From SAR86 cluster bacterium AG-313-N18 (GTDB lineage: Bacteria; Pseudomonadota; Gammaproteobacteria; Magnimaribacterales; D2472), in contig QBVY01000005.1 in NCBI GenBank assembly GCA_003283765.1, forward strand, positions 6,826-70,825: a stretch of DNA of 64,000 nt. Reading direction: 5' to 3'. The position numbers and the translations under genes were made by a program. Below are positions 44,571 to 53,900 of the stretch, piece after piece. The notes beneath the pieces were generated by a model. It saw only the letters and a list, made by a program, of their open reading frames with translations, was not told the DNA's origin and did no database searches. Position 1 is the stretch's first letter, and each line of letters opens with the position of its first letter.

Positions 44571-47198
44571 ATGTCAAAAACTCTTGTTATAGTTGAATCA
44601 CCTGCCAAAGCTAAGACTATTTCTAAATACTTAGGGTCAGATTATATCGTCAAGTCGAGTGTTGGACATATCAGAGATCTGCCAAAAGGTAAGTCAAAAA
44701 AACCTATCCAGAGAAATACTATTCCTAAGGATCTTCCTGAAGATGAGAAACGAAGACTAAAAAAAATTAATGAGCGTAAACGACTTGTTAGAAGAATGGG
44801 AATTGATCCAGACAATGGTTGGGCTGCGAATTATGAAATCATTCCCGAAAAAGAAAAAGTTATTAAAGAATTAAAAACAGCTGCAAAGGGAGTGGACTCA
44901 ATTTTTCTAGCAACTGATTTGGATAGAGAGGGTGAAGCAATAGCATGGCACCTCAAAGAGGCGCTAGGTGCAGATAAATTTAACTACTCCAGGGTGAGAT
45001 TTAATCAAATTACCAAAGATGCAATCTTGGAATCTTTTGAAGATCCAAAAGACATTGATGCAAGTCTTGTAGAAGCTCAACAAGCAAGAAGATTTCTTGA
45101 TAGAGTTGTTGGTTTTGAGCTTTCACCACTATTATGGGCAAAAATAGCCCGTAATCTTTCTGCTGGAAGAGTTCAGTCTGTTGCATTAAGGCTCTTGGTA
45201 GAAAGAGAACAAAGCATCCAAAAGTTTAAACCAGACGAGTTTTGGGAGATTTCATTCAATGCAGAAGATGATAAAAAAATTGGCATCGAATTCAGTCTTA
45301 ATAGAAAAAAATCCGACCCTTTGTTGCAAGCTGATGAGGCAAAAAAAATTGAAGAACTGGTTAATTCCTCTAATTTACTTGTAAGTGAGGTAACTCAAAA
45401 ACCTGTTAAATCAAAACCAAAACCTCCATTTATTACATCCACATTACAGCAAGCAGCAAGTACAAAACTTGGTTTTAATGTAAAGAGAACTATGAGAACA
45501 GCTCAAAAACTATATGAAAATGGTCTCATTACATATATGAGAACTGATGCTCCCGCTCTGTCACCTGAATCAATTGCAGATGCAAGAATGTATATTGAAA
45601 CTAACCTTGGAGATAAATATCTTACCAATGCCCCAAGAATATATTCCTCTAGTGAAAATGCACAAGAGGCCCATGAAGCAATTAGACCTACAAATGCATC
45701 AACTAAATCAGAAGGATTGATATCTTCATCAGATGAAGAGAAAAAATTATATGAACTAATTTGGCAACAATTTATAGGATCGCAGTTACCAGATGCTGAA
45801 TATTTAGCAACTAATGCAAAAATACATCTAAATGAATATGTATTTTCCGCAACAGGTAGAGAGGTGGTGTTTGATGGTTTTACAAAAATAGTTAAGTCAA
45901 AATCTGATGACCCAGAAGCTAATATTCTTCCTCCACTTGCAGTTGATCAAAAATTAATCCTTACAGATCTAGATAATAAACAAAAGTATACTAAACCTCC
46001 TGCAAGGTTTTCAGAAGCAGCATTAGTAAAAGAATTAGAAAAAAAGGGAATTGGCAGGCCCTCTACCTATGCAAATATTATCTCTACAATCCAGGACCGT
46101 GGTTATGTTGAGATTCAAAACAGACGATTCTTTGTTAAAAAAATTGGAATGATTGTTACAGATAGACTCGTGAGTAGCTTTGACGACATTATGAATTATA
46201 GTTTTACTGCTAATTTTGAAAATGAATTAGATAGAATTGCAAATGGCGAATTAAATTGGAAAGAGGTTTTAAACTCATATTACGAAGCTTTCCAAGGTGA
46301 TCTCTCCTCGGCAATGGATGAAGAAAATGGAATGGTTCCAAATCTTCCTACGATGACAAATATTAATTGTCCAGATTGCAAAAAAAATAAACTAACTATC
46401 AGAAATGCTAGTAATGGAGTTTTTCTTGGATGTGCGGGTTATAGCCTACCAGGCGATGAGCAATGCAAAAAAACACTTAATCTTATCTCAGGTGACGAAG
46501 CCGTCAGTGTTGATGATCAAGAGGAAGCTGAGCATTTAATAGCAAAACGTCGTTGTCCAAAATGTGATACGAGTATGGATAATTATCTTTTAGATGAAAA
46601 TCATAAGCTGCATGTTTGCTCAAATAATCCTGACTGTGATGGATTTGAGGTAGAAGAGGGTACATTTAAAATTAAAGGATATGATGGTCCTACTTTATCC
46701 TGTCATAAGTGTGGATCTGAAATGCAGTTAAAAACAGGTAGGTTTGGTAAATATTTCGGGTGCATGAATGATAATTGCGGTGCAACGAGGGCGCTTCAAA
46801 GAAATGGAGAGCCAAAACCCATAGTGATGGAACCTATTACCACTGAGATCGCTTGTGTTAAATTTGAAGATATTTACTTATTAAGAGATAGCATGAAAGG
46901 GCTTTTTTTAGCAGCGAGTAAATATCCTAAAAATAGAGAGACTCGTGCACCATCTGTTGAGGAATTTAATCAAGTAGTTACCGAGGAAACTTTGCTTGAT
47001 GCATGCAAGTATCTTGAAGATCAAGGGAAGCATACTCATCTTTTAGATGCCCCTAAAAAAGATATTGATGGAAATACTTATGTCATTAGATACAACAAGC
47101 TTGAGGACACTCATTATCTAGCCTCAGAAAAAGATGGTAAAAAAACTGGAAACACTGCCACACATAATGGTGATAAGTGGGTTGAAGTAACCAAATAA
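44571..47198 (+). CDS. topA: DNA topoisomerase I
   Basis: TOPRIM 'LVIVESPAKAKTI', 'ATDLDREGEAIAWH', active-site region 'ITYMRTD' and C-terminal Cys4 zinc ribbons ('CPDC...C', 'CPKCD...C', 'CHKCG...C'). Confidence 0.95.
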   Translation: MSKTLVIVESPAKAKTISKYLGSDYIVKSSVGHIRDLPKGKSKKPIQRNTIPKDLPEDEKRRLKKINERKRLVRRMGIDPDNGWAANYEIIPEKEKVIKELKTAAKGVDSIFLATDLDREGEAIAWHLKEALGADKFNYSRVRFNQITKDAILESFEDPKDIDASLVEAQQARRFLDRVVGFELSPLLWAKIARNLSAGRVQSVALRLLVEREQSIQKFKPDEFWEISFNAEDDKKIGIEFSLNRKKSDPLLQADEAKKIEELVNSSNLLVSEVTQKPVKSKPKPPFITSTLQQAASTKLGFNVKRTMRTAQKLYENGLITYMRTDAPALSPESIADARMYIETNLGDKYLTNAPRIYSSSENAQEAHEAIRPTNASTKSEGLISSSDEEKKLYELIWQQFIGSQLPDAEYLATNAKIHLNEYVFSATGREVVFDGFTKIVKSKSDDPEANILPPLAVDQKLILTDLDNKQKYTKPPARFSEAALVKELEKKGIGRPSTYANIISTIQDRGYVEIQNRRFFVKKIGMIVTDRLVSSFDDIMNYSFTANFENELDRIANGELNWKEVLNSYYEAFQGDLSSAMDEENGMVPNLPTMTNINCPDCKKNKLTIRNASNGVFLGCAGYSLPGDEQCKKTLNLISGDEAVSVDDQEEAEHLIAKRRCPKCDTSMDNYLLDENHKLHVCSNNPDCDGFEVEEGTFKIKGYDGPTLSCHKCGSEMQLKTGRFGKYFGCMNDNCGATRALQRNGEPKPIVMEPITTEIACVKFEDIYLLRDSMKGLFLAASKYPKNRETRAPSVEEFNQVVTEETLLDACKYLEDQGKHTHLLDAPKKDIDGNTYVIRYNKLEDTHYLASEKDGKKTGNTATHNGDKWVEVTK

Positions 47199-47290
47199 TA
47201 ATTCCTTGAATAATTCTAATTAGTTCATATATAAATAATGGAACCTTTTATAATCTTTATGAAGGGTGTTACAGTTTAAGAATAAAAAAT

Positions 47291-47548
47291 ATGTCTAATT
47301 ACCTAGAACTGACCCAACTTCCTGACGGCACAATTGTCTTGAGAAGGTCTGATGATCATGATAATCCAATAGTTAAAATTGAATTTTCTGGCGAATCAAA
47401 GGAATTTCTAAATGGTGCAGAGCTTTCGGTTGCCAAAGAAATGATTCGAGCTGGAATAGAAAGCGTTAGTGGAAATTCAATCGACTTTGATGATTTTTTT
47501 GACAGTGAAAAAAATAGCCTAAGAAAAAAACCAGTAATTCTTCATTAG
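47291..47548 (+). CDS. Hypothetical small protein (85 aa)
   Basis: The only ORF between topA and the 3' end of lexA. Acidic, with no motif. Coding status is unverified. Confidence 0.4.
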   Translation: MSNYLELTQLPDGTIVLRRSDDHDNPIVKIEFSGESKEFLNGAELSVAKEMIRAGIESVSGNSIDFDDFFDSEKNSLRKKPVILH

Positions 47549-48162
47549 TGAGTTCTAACTAGACCCACACTTTTTCCTTCAACAAATGCTTCTTGCTCTC
47601 TAAGATCAACTTCAATTGTTGAGAAATCTTTGTTTGCTGGAATTAATTCCAGATTATGGTTTGTTTTTTTGAAATATTTCAAGGTTACTTCATCCTCAAG
47701 CCTCACCACTACTAAATCGCCATTTTTTACATCTGTTGTTTTTTTGATTGCCACCAAATCATCTTCATGAATTCCTGCCTCGATCATACTAAGCCCCTTC
47801 ACTTTTAAAAAATAATCAAAGCTATCAGCAAACATGTTTGGATCGCATGGAATCCTTTTTTCAATATTTTCTTCAGCAAGGGTGGGAGAACCTGCAGCAA
47901 CTAAACCAATGACCGGCATCTGGTCGGGGCTTTGTTCAAAAGTTTGTTGACTTTTAACAATAGATATTCCTCTTGAAGATCCACTTTGAATTGCAATATA
48001 GCCCTTCTTTTCAAGAGCTCTTAGATGCATTTCAGCAGCATTAGGAGATTTAAAGCCTAACTCTTTGCATATTTCAGCTCGAGTTGGTGGAAAACCAGTT
48101 TTATTGAGATAAACTTCCACACAAGCTAAAACTTTTGATTGTTGTTTTGTTAATTCTTTCAT
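47545..48162 (-). CDS. lexA: LexA repressor
   Basis: Winged HTH 'PPTRAEICKELGFKSPNAAEMHLRALEKKGYI', cleavage site 'VAAGSP', catalytic 'GLSM' Ser and a 'TLKYF' Lys. Confidence 0.95.
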   Translation of the reverse strand: MKELTKQQSKVLACVEVYLNKTGFPPTRAEICKELGFKSPNAAEMHLRALEKKGYIAIQSGSSRGISIVKSQQTFEQSPDQMPVIGLVAAGSPTLAEENIEKRIPCDPNMFADSFDYFLKVKGLSMIEAGIHEDDLVAIKKTTDVKNGDLVVVRLEDEVTLKYFKKTNHNLELIPANKDFSTIEVDLREQEAFVEGKSVGLVRTH

Positions 48163-48170
48163 ATTATTTA

Positions 48171-48190
48171 TACTGTATATTTTTACAGTA
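48171..48190. promoter_or_regulatory. SOS (LexA) box TACTGTATATTTTTACAGTA
   Basis: Perfect CTGT-N8-ACAG with flanking TA/TA, close to the gammaproteobacterial consensus TACTGTATATATATACAGTA. It lies 9 nt upstream of the lexA start, within the 67-nt divergent intergenic region. Confidence 0.85.
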
Positions 48191-48229
48191 TATAAATTTT
48201 AATTTAACACTGCAACTTTCTTAGATAAT

Positions 48230-49123
48230 ATGAACTCAAAATTAGTAATAGGAATCTCTTCAAGAGCACTCTTTGATTTAAGTCAAAGTCATCAAATTTT
48301 TGAAAATGATGGTATTGAAGCTTATCGAGAGCATCAAATTCAAAATGAAAATGAAATACTCGATCCGGGTGAAGCCTTTAATCTGGTAACGAAAATTTTA
48401 AAAATTAATGAATTTTATGAGTCTGCAGATAGGATAGAAGTCATCCTTTTATCCAGAAATACAGCAGATACTGGACTTAGAGTTTTTAATTCAATTGAAT
48501 CTCACAAGCTAAATATAACTCGTGCCGTTTTTTGTGGTGGAGAGAGCCCTTACAAGTATGTGAAAGCATTTGGTGTAGATTTATTTTTATCTAGTAGCAA
48601 AGATGACGTTAAAATGGCCATTGAAAATAATGTTCCATCTGCAAGAATTATTCCTTCAAAAACTAAGAAAAAAGTTAAAGGCGGCGATCTTCTCAAGATA
48701 GCTTTTGATGGCGATTCAGTTATCTTTTCTGATGAGTCTGAAAAAGTTTTTGAAGAAGAAGGTCTGAAAGCTTTTTTGGATAATGAGCGAAAGAAGAAAT
48801 CAATGCTAAAGGCGGGACCATTTAAATCATTTTTAGTTGAATTAAATAAACTTCAGTCCGAACTGGACTCAGATGTTAGCCCAATTAGAACGGCTTTAGT
48901 CACTGCAAGATCTGCTCCGTCTCATAAACGCGTTATCAAAACATTAAGAAAATGGGGCGTGAGGATTGACGAGTCTCTTTTTTTGGGAGGCATGAACAAA
49001 TCAGAATTTTTGAAATCATTTGAAGCAGATATCTTTTTTGATGATCAGCAGCAAAATATCTCAGATGCGTCTGCAAAAGTTACTTCAGCTCATGTACCAT
49101 TCGGAATTAAGAATAGGAAATAA
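48230..49123 (+). CDS. 5'-nucleotidase family protein (Legionella/Pseudomonas cytosolic type)
   Basis: 'LVIGISSRALFDLSQSHQIFENDGIEAYREHQI' N-terminus and 'IAFDGDSVIFSDESE' HAD-like motif, recalled as typical of this family. Confidence 0.6.
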   Translation: MNSKLVIGISSRALFDLSQSHQIFENDGIEAYREHQIQNENEILDPGEAFNLVTKILKINEFYESADRIEVILLSRNTADTGLRVFNSIESHKLNITRAVFCGGESPYKYVKAFGVDLFLSSSKDDVKMAIENNVPSARIIPSKTKKKVKGGDLLKIAFDGDSVIFSDESEKVFEEEGLKAFLDNERKKKSMLKAGPFKSFLVELNKLQSELDSDVSPIRTALVTARSAPSHKRVIKTLRKWGVRIDESLFLGGMNKSEFLKSFEADIFFDDQQQNISDASAKVTSAHVPFGIKNRK

Positions 49124-49125
49124 CC

Positions 49126-49725
49126 ATGGATATAGTTTGTTTTGATATGGAAGGCACTCTGACCCCAGAAATATGGGAACAGGTTGCTCTTGATTCTGGT
49201 ATCTCTCAATTAAATAAAACTACAAGAGATATTCCTTCTTACTCTGATCTTATGGATTTTAGAATTAAGATAATGAAACAACATAACCTGAAACTTGCTG
49301 ATATAGTTAAGGCAACAAAGAAGCTAGATTTGCTTGATGGGGCTCTAGATTTTCTTAATCAGGTTAGGCAAGAATTTCAAGTAGTAATCTTATCTGATAC
49401 TTTTCATGAAATTGCTTATCCATTAATGGAAAAACTTGGTTATCCCCTTTTGCTTTGCCATACACTTGATGTTGATTCTGAGGATAATATCTTTGGCTAC
49501 AAGTTAAGAGATTTACAAGCAAAAAAACAAGCAATCTTGGGTTTTCAATCTATGGGCTACAGATGTTTGGCTGCAGGAGATTCATTTAATGATTTGCAAA
49601 TGTTTGAAGTTGCAGACCAAGGTTTTTTTATTAACGCGCCAGAAACTATTTCTACTTCAATGCCTGAAATACCCAGTTTTAATTCATATCCCAATCTTCT
49701 AAGTGCTCTAAGGAACTTTAATTAA
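49126..49725 (+). CDS. thrH: Phosphoserine phosphatase / homoserine phosphotransferase ThrH-like HAD protein
   Basis: Collinear with P. aeruginosa ThrH as I recall it: '[13 protein letters not shown]', '[12 protein letters not shown]', '[10 protein letters not shown]', 'LLCHTL' and 'AAGDSFND'. Confidence 0.7.
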   Translation: MDIVCFDMEGTLTPEIWEQVALDSGISQLNKTTRDIPSYSDLMDFRIKIMKQHNLKLADIVKATKKLDLLDGALDFLNQVRQEFQVVILSDTFHEIAYPLMEKLGYPLLLCHTLDVDSEDNIFGYKLRDLQAKKQAILGFQSMGYRCLAAGDSFNDLQMFEVADQGFFINAPETISTSMPEIPSFNSYPNLLSALRNFN

Positions 49726-49730
49726 TATTT

Positions 49731-50393
49731 ATGGACAACCCATTTTCATTAAATAATTTTTCTAGACCAAAGCTAGAGATGCCGGGAGACGAAAAAAAAC
49801 TTCTGCTTCATAGTTGCTGTGCACCTTGCGCAGGAGAAATTATGGAAGCTGTAGCAGCATCAGATATCCAGACAACAGTTTATTTTTATAATCCGAACAT
49901 TCATCCCCAAGAAGAATATGAGATTCGAAAAGATGAAAACAAGAGATTCTGTGAAAAGCTTGGATTTGATTTTGTAGATGCAGATTATGATAAAGAAAAC
50001 TGGTTTGAGAGGATAAAGGGCTTGGAGAACGAACCTGAAAGAGGGAAGAGATGTACTCAATGTTTTGATATGAGATTTGAAAGATCAGCTCTTTATGCCC
50101 ATGAAAATGGCTTTAAGGTTTATGGAACTACGCTTGGAATTTCACGTTGGAAAGATATGGATCAAATCAACGATTCTGGTAACAGGGCAGCTCAACGATA
50201 TGAAAGCATTGATTATTGGGATTTTAATTGGCGAAAAAAAGGTGGCTCCTCTAGAATGATTGAAATCTCAAAAAGAGAAGAGTTTTATCAACAAGAATAT
50301 TGTGGTTGTGTATACAGTTTGAGGGATACGAATAAATGGCGTCAAGAAAATAACAAAGATCGAATTATTAGAGGTATTAAATTCTATAATTAA
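49731..50393 (+). CDS. queH: Epoxyqueuosine reductase QueH (DUF208)
   Basis: '[16 protein letters not shown]', '[16 protein letters not shown]', 'RCTQCFDMR' and 'EYCGCVYS' Cys clusters. Confidence 0.8.
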   Translation: MDNPFSLNNFSRPKLEMPGDEKKLLLHSCCAPCAGEIMEAVAASDIQTTVYFYNPNIHPQEEYEIRKDENKRFCEKLGFDFVDADYDKENWFERIKGLENEPERGKRCTQCFDMRFERSALYAHENGFKVYGTTLGISRWKDMDQINDSGNRAAQRYESIDYWDFNWRKKGGSSRMIEISKREEFYQQEYCGCVYSLRDTNKWRQENNKDRIIRGIKFYN

Positions 50394-50432
50394 TTTGGGA
50401 AACATACCTCCGGCAAAGTACAATACAAACCA

Positions 50433-51314
50433 ATGAATACTCCGGGGAAAAAATTCAGACAAGCCATAGCTGCTAACAACCCATTAATGGTTGTCGGTGC
50501 AGTGAATGCATATTGTGCAAAAATGGCTGAGAAAGCTGGCCATAAAGCACTTTATCTTTCTGGCGCAGGGGTTGCTAATGCGTCATTCGGATTGCCAGAT
50601 TTAGCAATTACAACTCTAAATGATGTTGCTGAGGATTCCAGAAGAATCACTCAAGCAACTAGCCTCCCACTTTTGATTGATATTGATACAGGTTTTGGCG
50701 GTGCATTTAGCATCAGCCGAACTATAAAGGAAATGATTGCTTCTGATGTTGCAGCTGTTCATATAGAAGATCAGGTTACTCAAAAAAGATGCGGTCATAG
50801 GCCAAATAAAAGTCTTGTCGATAAAATTGAAATGAGTGATCGTATTAAAGCTGCTGTTGATGGTCGTACTGACGAAAGTTTCTTTATTATGGCAAGGACA
50901 GACTCATATGCAACTGAGGGAATGGACGGTGCAATTGAGCGATGCATGGAATACATTGAGGCAGGTGCAGACGGGTTATTTTTAGAGGCTGTATCTAGTT
51001 TAGAGGACTACAAGCAGTTAAAAGATGCATTGCAAGTTCCTGTTCTAGCAAATATTACTGAATTTGGGAAAACTCCTCTTTTTACTGCAGAGGAACTAGC
51101 ATCAGTTGGAGTTGATATAATGCTATTTCCATTATCAGCTTTTAGGGCGATGAACAAAGCTGCAGAGTCTGTATATCAAGATATTGCTGTCAATGGGTCG
51201 CAGGCACATTCAGTTGAGACGATGCAGACAAGAGATGAACTGTATGAGTATTTAAACTATCATTCATTTGAGCAAAAATTAGATGAATTATTTAAAAGGA
51301 AGGAGAATAAGTAA
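50433..51314 (+). CDS. prpB: Methylisocitrate lyase
   Basis: 'LYLSGAGVA', 'IDIDTGFG' and '[17 protein letters not shown]' (the KRCGH active-site loop). Confidence 0.9.
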   Translation: MNTPGKKFRQAIAANNPLMVVGAVNAYCAKMAEKAGHKALYLSGAGVANASFGLPDLAITTLNDVAEDSRRITQATSLPLLIDIDTGFGGAFSISRTIKEMIASDVAAVHIEDQVTQKRCGHRPNKSLVDKIEMSDRIKAAVDGRTDESFFIMARTDSYATEGMDGAIERCMEYIEAGADGLFLEAVSSLEDYKQLKDALQVPVLANITEFGKTPLFTAEELASVGVDIMLFPLSAFRAMNKAAESVYQDIAVNGSQAHSVETMQTRDELYEYLNYHSFEQKLDELFKRKENK

Positions 51315-52436
51315 ATGGTTAAGAAGTTAGAAGGCGCTGGGCTTCGTGGTCAAGTTGCGGGCGAGACATCATTATGTACGGTTGGGCAAGAAGAGGGCTT
51401 GGCTTATAGAGGACATAAAATTGAGACATTGGCCGAAAAAGGAACATTTGAAGAGGTGGCTTTTCTTCTTCTTTACGGTAAATTACCCAACTCATCAGAA
51501 TTATCAGACTATAAATCCTTATTAAAAAGTTTAAGAGATCTTCCTGATTCATTAAAGATGGTTCTTAAGGAAATACCAGCATCAGCTCATCCAATGGCAG
51601 TGATGGCAACAGGATGCTCAATGCTAGGAAACCTTGAGCCTGAGGAGTCAATGGATGCTCAAATGGATTCTATTAATCGAATGGTTGCAACAATGCCATC
51701 GATTGTTACTTACTGGTATAAATTTTCTCATGATGGTGAAGACATTAGTCTCGTGAATGATGAAGATACAATGGCAGGTCATTTCTTACATATTCTTCAT
51801 GGTAAAACTCCATCAGATCTTCACAGGAGAGTTATGGACGCATCTTTAGTTTTATATGCTGAGCATGAATTTAATGCATCTACTTTTACAGCAAGAGTAT
51901 GCGCATCAACAATGTCAGATATATTTTCTTGTGTTGTAGCTGCTATAGGTTCTTTAAAAGGCCCTCTGCATGGAGGCGCTAATGAAGCTGCAATGGAGAT
52001 GATTGAAAACTGGAAGACCAGAGATGAAGCAAAAGCAAATATCTTGGATATGCTTGCTAACAAAGGAAAAATTATGGGTTTTGGTCATGCCATTTACTCT
52101 GAAAGAGACCCAAGAAACGCTGTAATAAAAGAATTTTCTAAAGAGCTATCTCAAGAATACGGAGATGATTCGTTGTATCAGGTCTCAGAAGAAGTCGAGC
52201 AAGTAATGTGGGATGAAAAGAAACTATTTCCAAATGCAGATTTTTTTCATGCTTCAGCGTATTTCTATTTAGGAATTCCAACAAAGCTCTTTACTCCAAT
52301 CTTTGTGATGTCACGAGTAACAGGCTGGACTGCTCACTGTATGGAGCAAAGAGCCAATAATAGAATTATTAGACCTAGCGCAGAATATACAGGTCCTGAA
52401 ACTTCTGTTTGGGTTGATATCGAAGATAGGGAGTAA
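51315..52436 (+). CDS. prpC: 2-methylcitrate synthase
   Basis: Citrate-synthase signatures 'GPLHGGANE', 'GFGHAIY' and 'ADFF'. Positioned between prpB and prpD. Confidence 0.9.
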   Translation: MVKKLEGAGLRGQVAGETSLCTVGQEEGLAYRGHKIETLAEKGTFEEVAFLLLYGKLPNSSELSDYKSLLKSLRDLPDSLKMVLKEIPASAHPMAVMATGCSMLGNLEPEESMDAQMDSINRMVATMPSIVTYWYKFSHDGEDISLVNDEDTMAGHFLHILHGKTPSDLHRRVMDASLVLYAEHEFNASTFTARVCASTMSDIFSCVVAAIGSLKGPLHGGANEAAMEMIENWKTRDEAKANILDMLANKGKIMGFGHAIYSERDPRNAVIKEFSKELSQEYGDDSLYQVSEEVEQVMWDEKKLFPNADFFHASAYFYLGIPTKLFTPIFVMSRVTGWTAHCMEQRANNRIIRPSAEYTGPETSVWVDIEDRE

Positions 52437-52439
52437 ATC

Positions 52440-53900
52440 ATGTCAAATAATGTTGAGCTGAATATAAGGTCAGGTCCTGACTCTTTGCTCGTAGAAATAG
52501 CAGAGTATGTTTCCAAACAGGATATTAATTCTGAGCTTGCACTTTCAACTGCACGAAATTGTTTAATCGATACCATTGGATGTGGTTTATTGGCATTAAC
52601 CTTTCCTGCATGTACAAAAATGCTTGGGCCTATTGTTCCAGGCACTAATGTGCCGAGAGGAGTTAGGGTTCCCGGGACTAACTTTTTGCTTGATCCCGTA
52701 AAAGGAGCTTTTGATATAGGTTGTATTATTCGATGGCTTGATTATAACGATACTTGGCTGGCTGCTGAATGGGGTCATCCCTCAGATAACCTTGGTGCAA
52801 TTCTTTCAATAGCAGATTATGTCTCTCAGGAAAATGTTGCAGCTGGCAAAGACTCTCTAACAATGAGAGATGTTCTAGAGTGCATGATAATGGCTCATGA
52901 AATTCAAGGAGTTCTAGCTCTGACAAATAGTTTTAATAGAGTTGGTCTAGACCATGTTTTGCTTGTAAAAGTTGCATCAACTGCTGTTGTAACCAAATTA
53001 CTTGGTGGAAGCACTGACCAGATTATGGATGCGGTCAGTCAAGCTTGGGTAGATGGACAAAGTCTCAGAACTTATCGTCATGCGCCTAATGCCGGTTCTA
53101 GGAAAAGTTGGGCTGCTGGTGATGCTACGAGCAGAGCAGTTAGACTTGCGCTTATTACCCTTTCTGGAGAAATGGGTTATCCAAGTGTTCTATCTGCCCC
53201 AACATGGGGCTTTGAAGATGTTTCTTTTAAGGGAGAAAAATTATCTCTGAGTCAACCATTTGGTTCTTATGTTATGGAGAATGTTCTTTTTAAAATCAGC
53301 TTCCCTGCAGAGTTTCACGCACAAACAGCTGTAGAGGCTGCAGTTACACTGCATCCTCAAATCAAAGATCGGCTTGACGAAATAGTTAATATTGAGGTCA
53401 CGACTCATGAATCTGCAATTAGAATTATCTCTAAATCAGGACAGCTAAATAATCCTGCTGATAGAGATCATTGTTTGCAATACATGATCGCAATAGGTTT
53501 AATTCATGGGGATCTTATTGCAGAGCATTACGAGGATGATGTTGCTAGCGACCCAAGAGTTGATCAGCTTAGAGAAAAGATGACAATCAAAGAGGATAAG
53601 AGATACACAGATGAGTACTTGGAAGCTGATAAAAGATCTATTGCTAATAAAATACAGATATTTTTTAACGATGGTTCTGCAACAGATGCTATTGAAGTCG
53701 AGTACCCAATAGGCCACAAGCGTCGAAGAGAGGAAGGAATTCCTGTTTTAGAAAAGAAATTTGAGAATAATCTCGGTAAGATTTTTGAAAATGAAAAAGT
53801 TACCGCTATTTTATCTAAGTGCCTTGATCAAGATGCGCTTGAGTCTATGAGTGTCCTAGATTTTCAAGAGTTATTTACAGTAGAAAAGAATTCTTTTTAA
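52440..53900 (+). CDS. prpD: 2-methylcitrate dehydratase
   Basis: MmgE/PrpD family length (486 aa). Motifs such as '[12 protein letters not shown]' and 'GHPSDNL', plus the prpBC context. Confidence 0.9.
   Translation: MSNNVELNIRSGPDSLLVEIAEYVSKQDINSELALSTARNCLIDTIGCGLLALTFPACTKMLGPIVPGTNVPRGVRVPGTNFLLDPVKGAFDIGCIIRWLDYNDTWLAAEWGHPSDNLGAILSIADYVSQENVAAGKDSLTMRDVLECMIMAHEIQGVLALTNSFNRVGLDHVLLVKVASTAVVTKLLGGSTDQIMDAVSQAWVDGQSLRTYRHAPNAGSRKSWAAGDATSRAVRLALITLSGEMGYPSVLSAPTWGFEDVSFKGEKLSLSQPFGSYVMENVLFKISFPAEFHAQTAVEAAVTLHPQIKDRLDEIVNIEVTTHESAIRIISKSGQLNNPADRDHCLQYMIAIGLIHGDLIAEHYEDDVASDPRVDQLREKMTIKEDKRYTDEYLEADKRSIANKIQIFFNDGSATDAIEVEYPIGHKRRREEGIPVLEKKFENNLGKIFENEKVTAILSKCLDQDALESMSVLDFQELFTVEKNSF

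Noticed and set aside
47199-47290. A possible intrinsic terminator after topA ('GGAACCTTTT...GAAGGGTGTT').
   Set aside because: The stem would be only about 4 bp (CCTT/AAGG), with a long loop and no following T-tract. This is not convincing.
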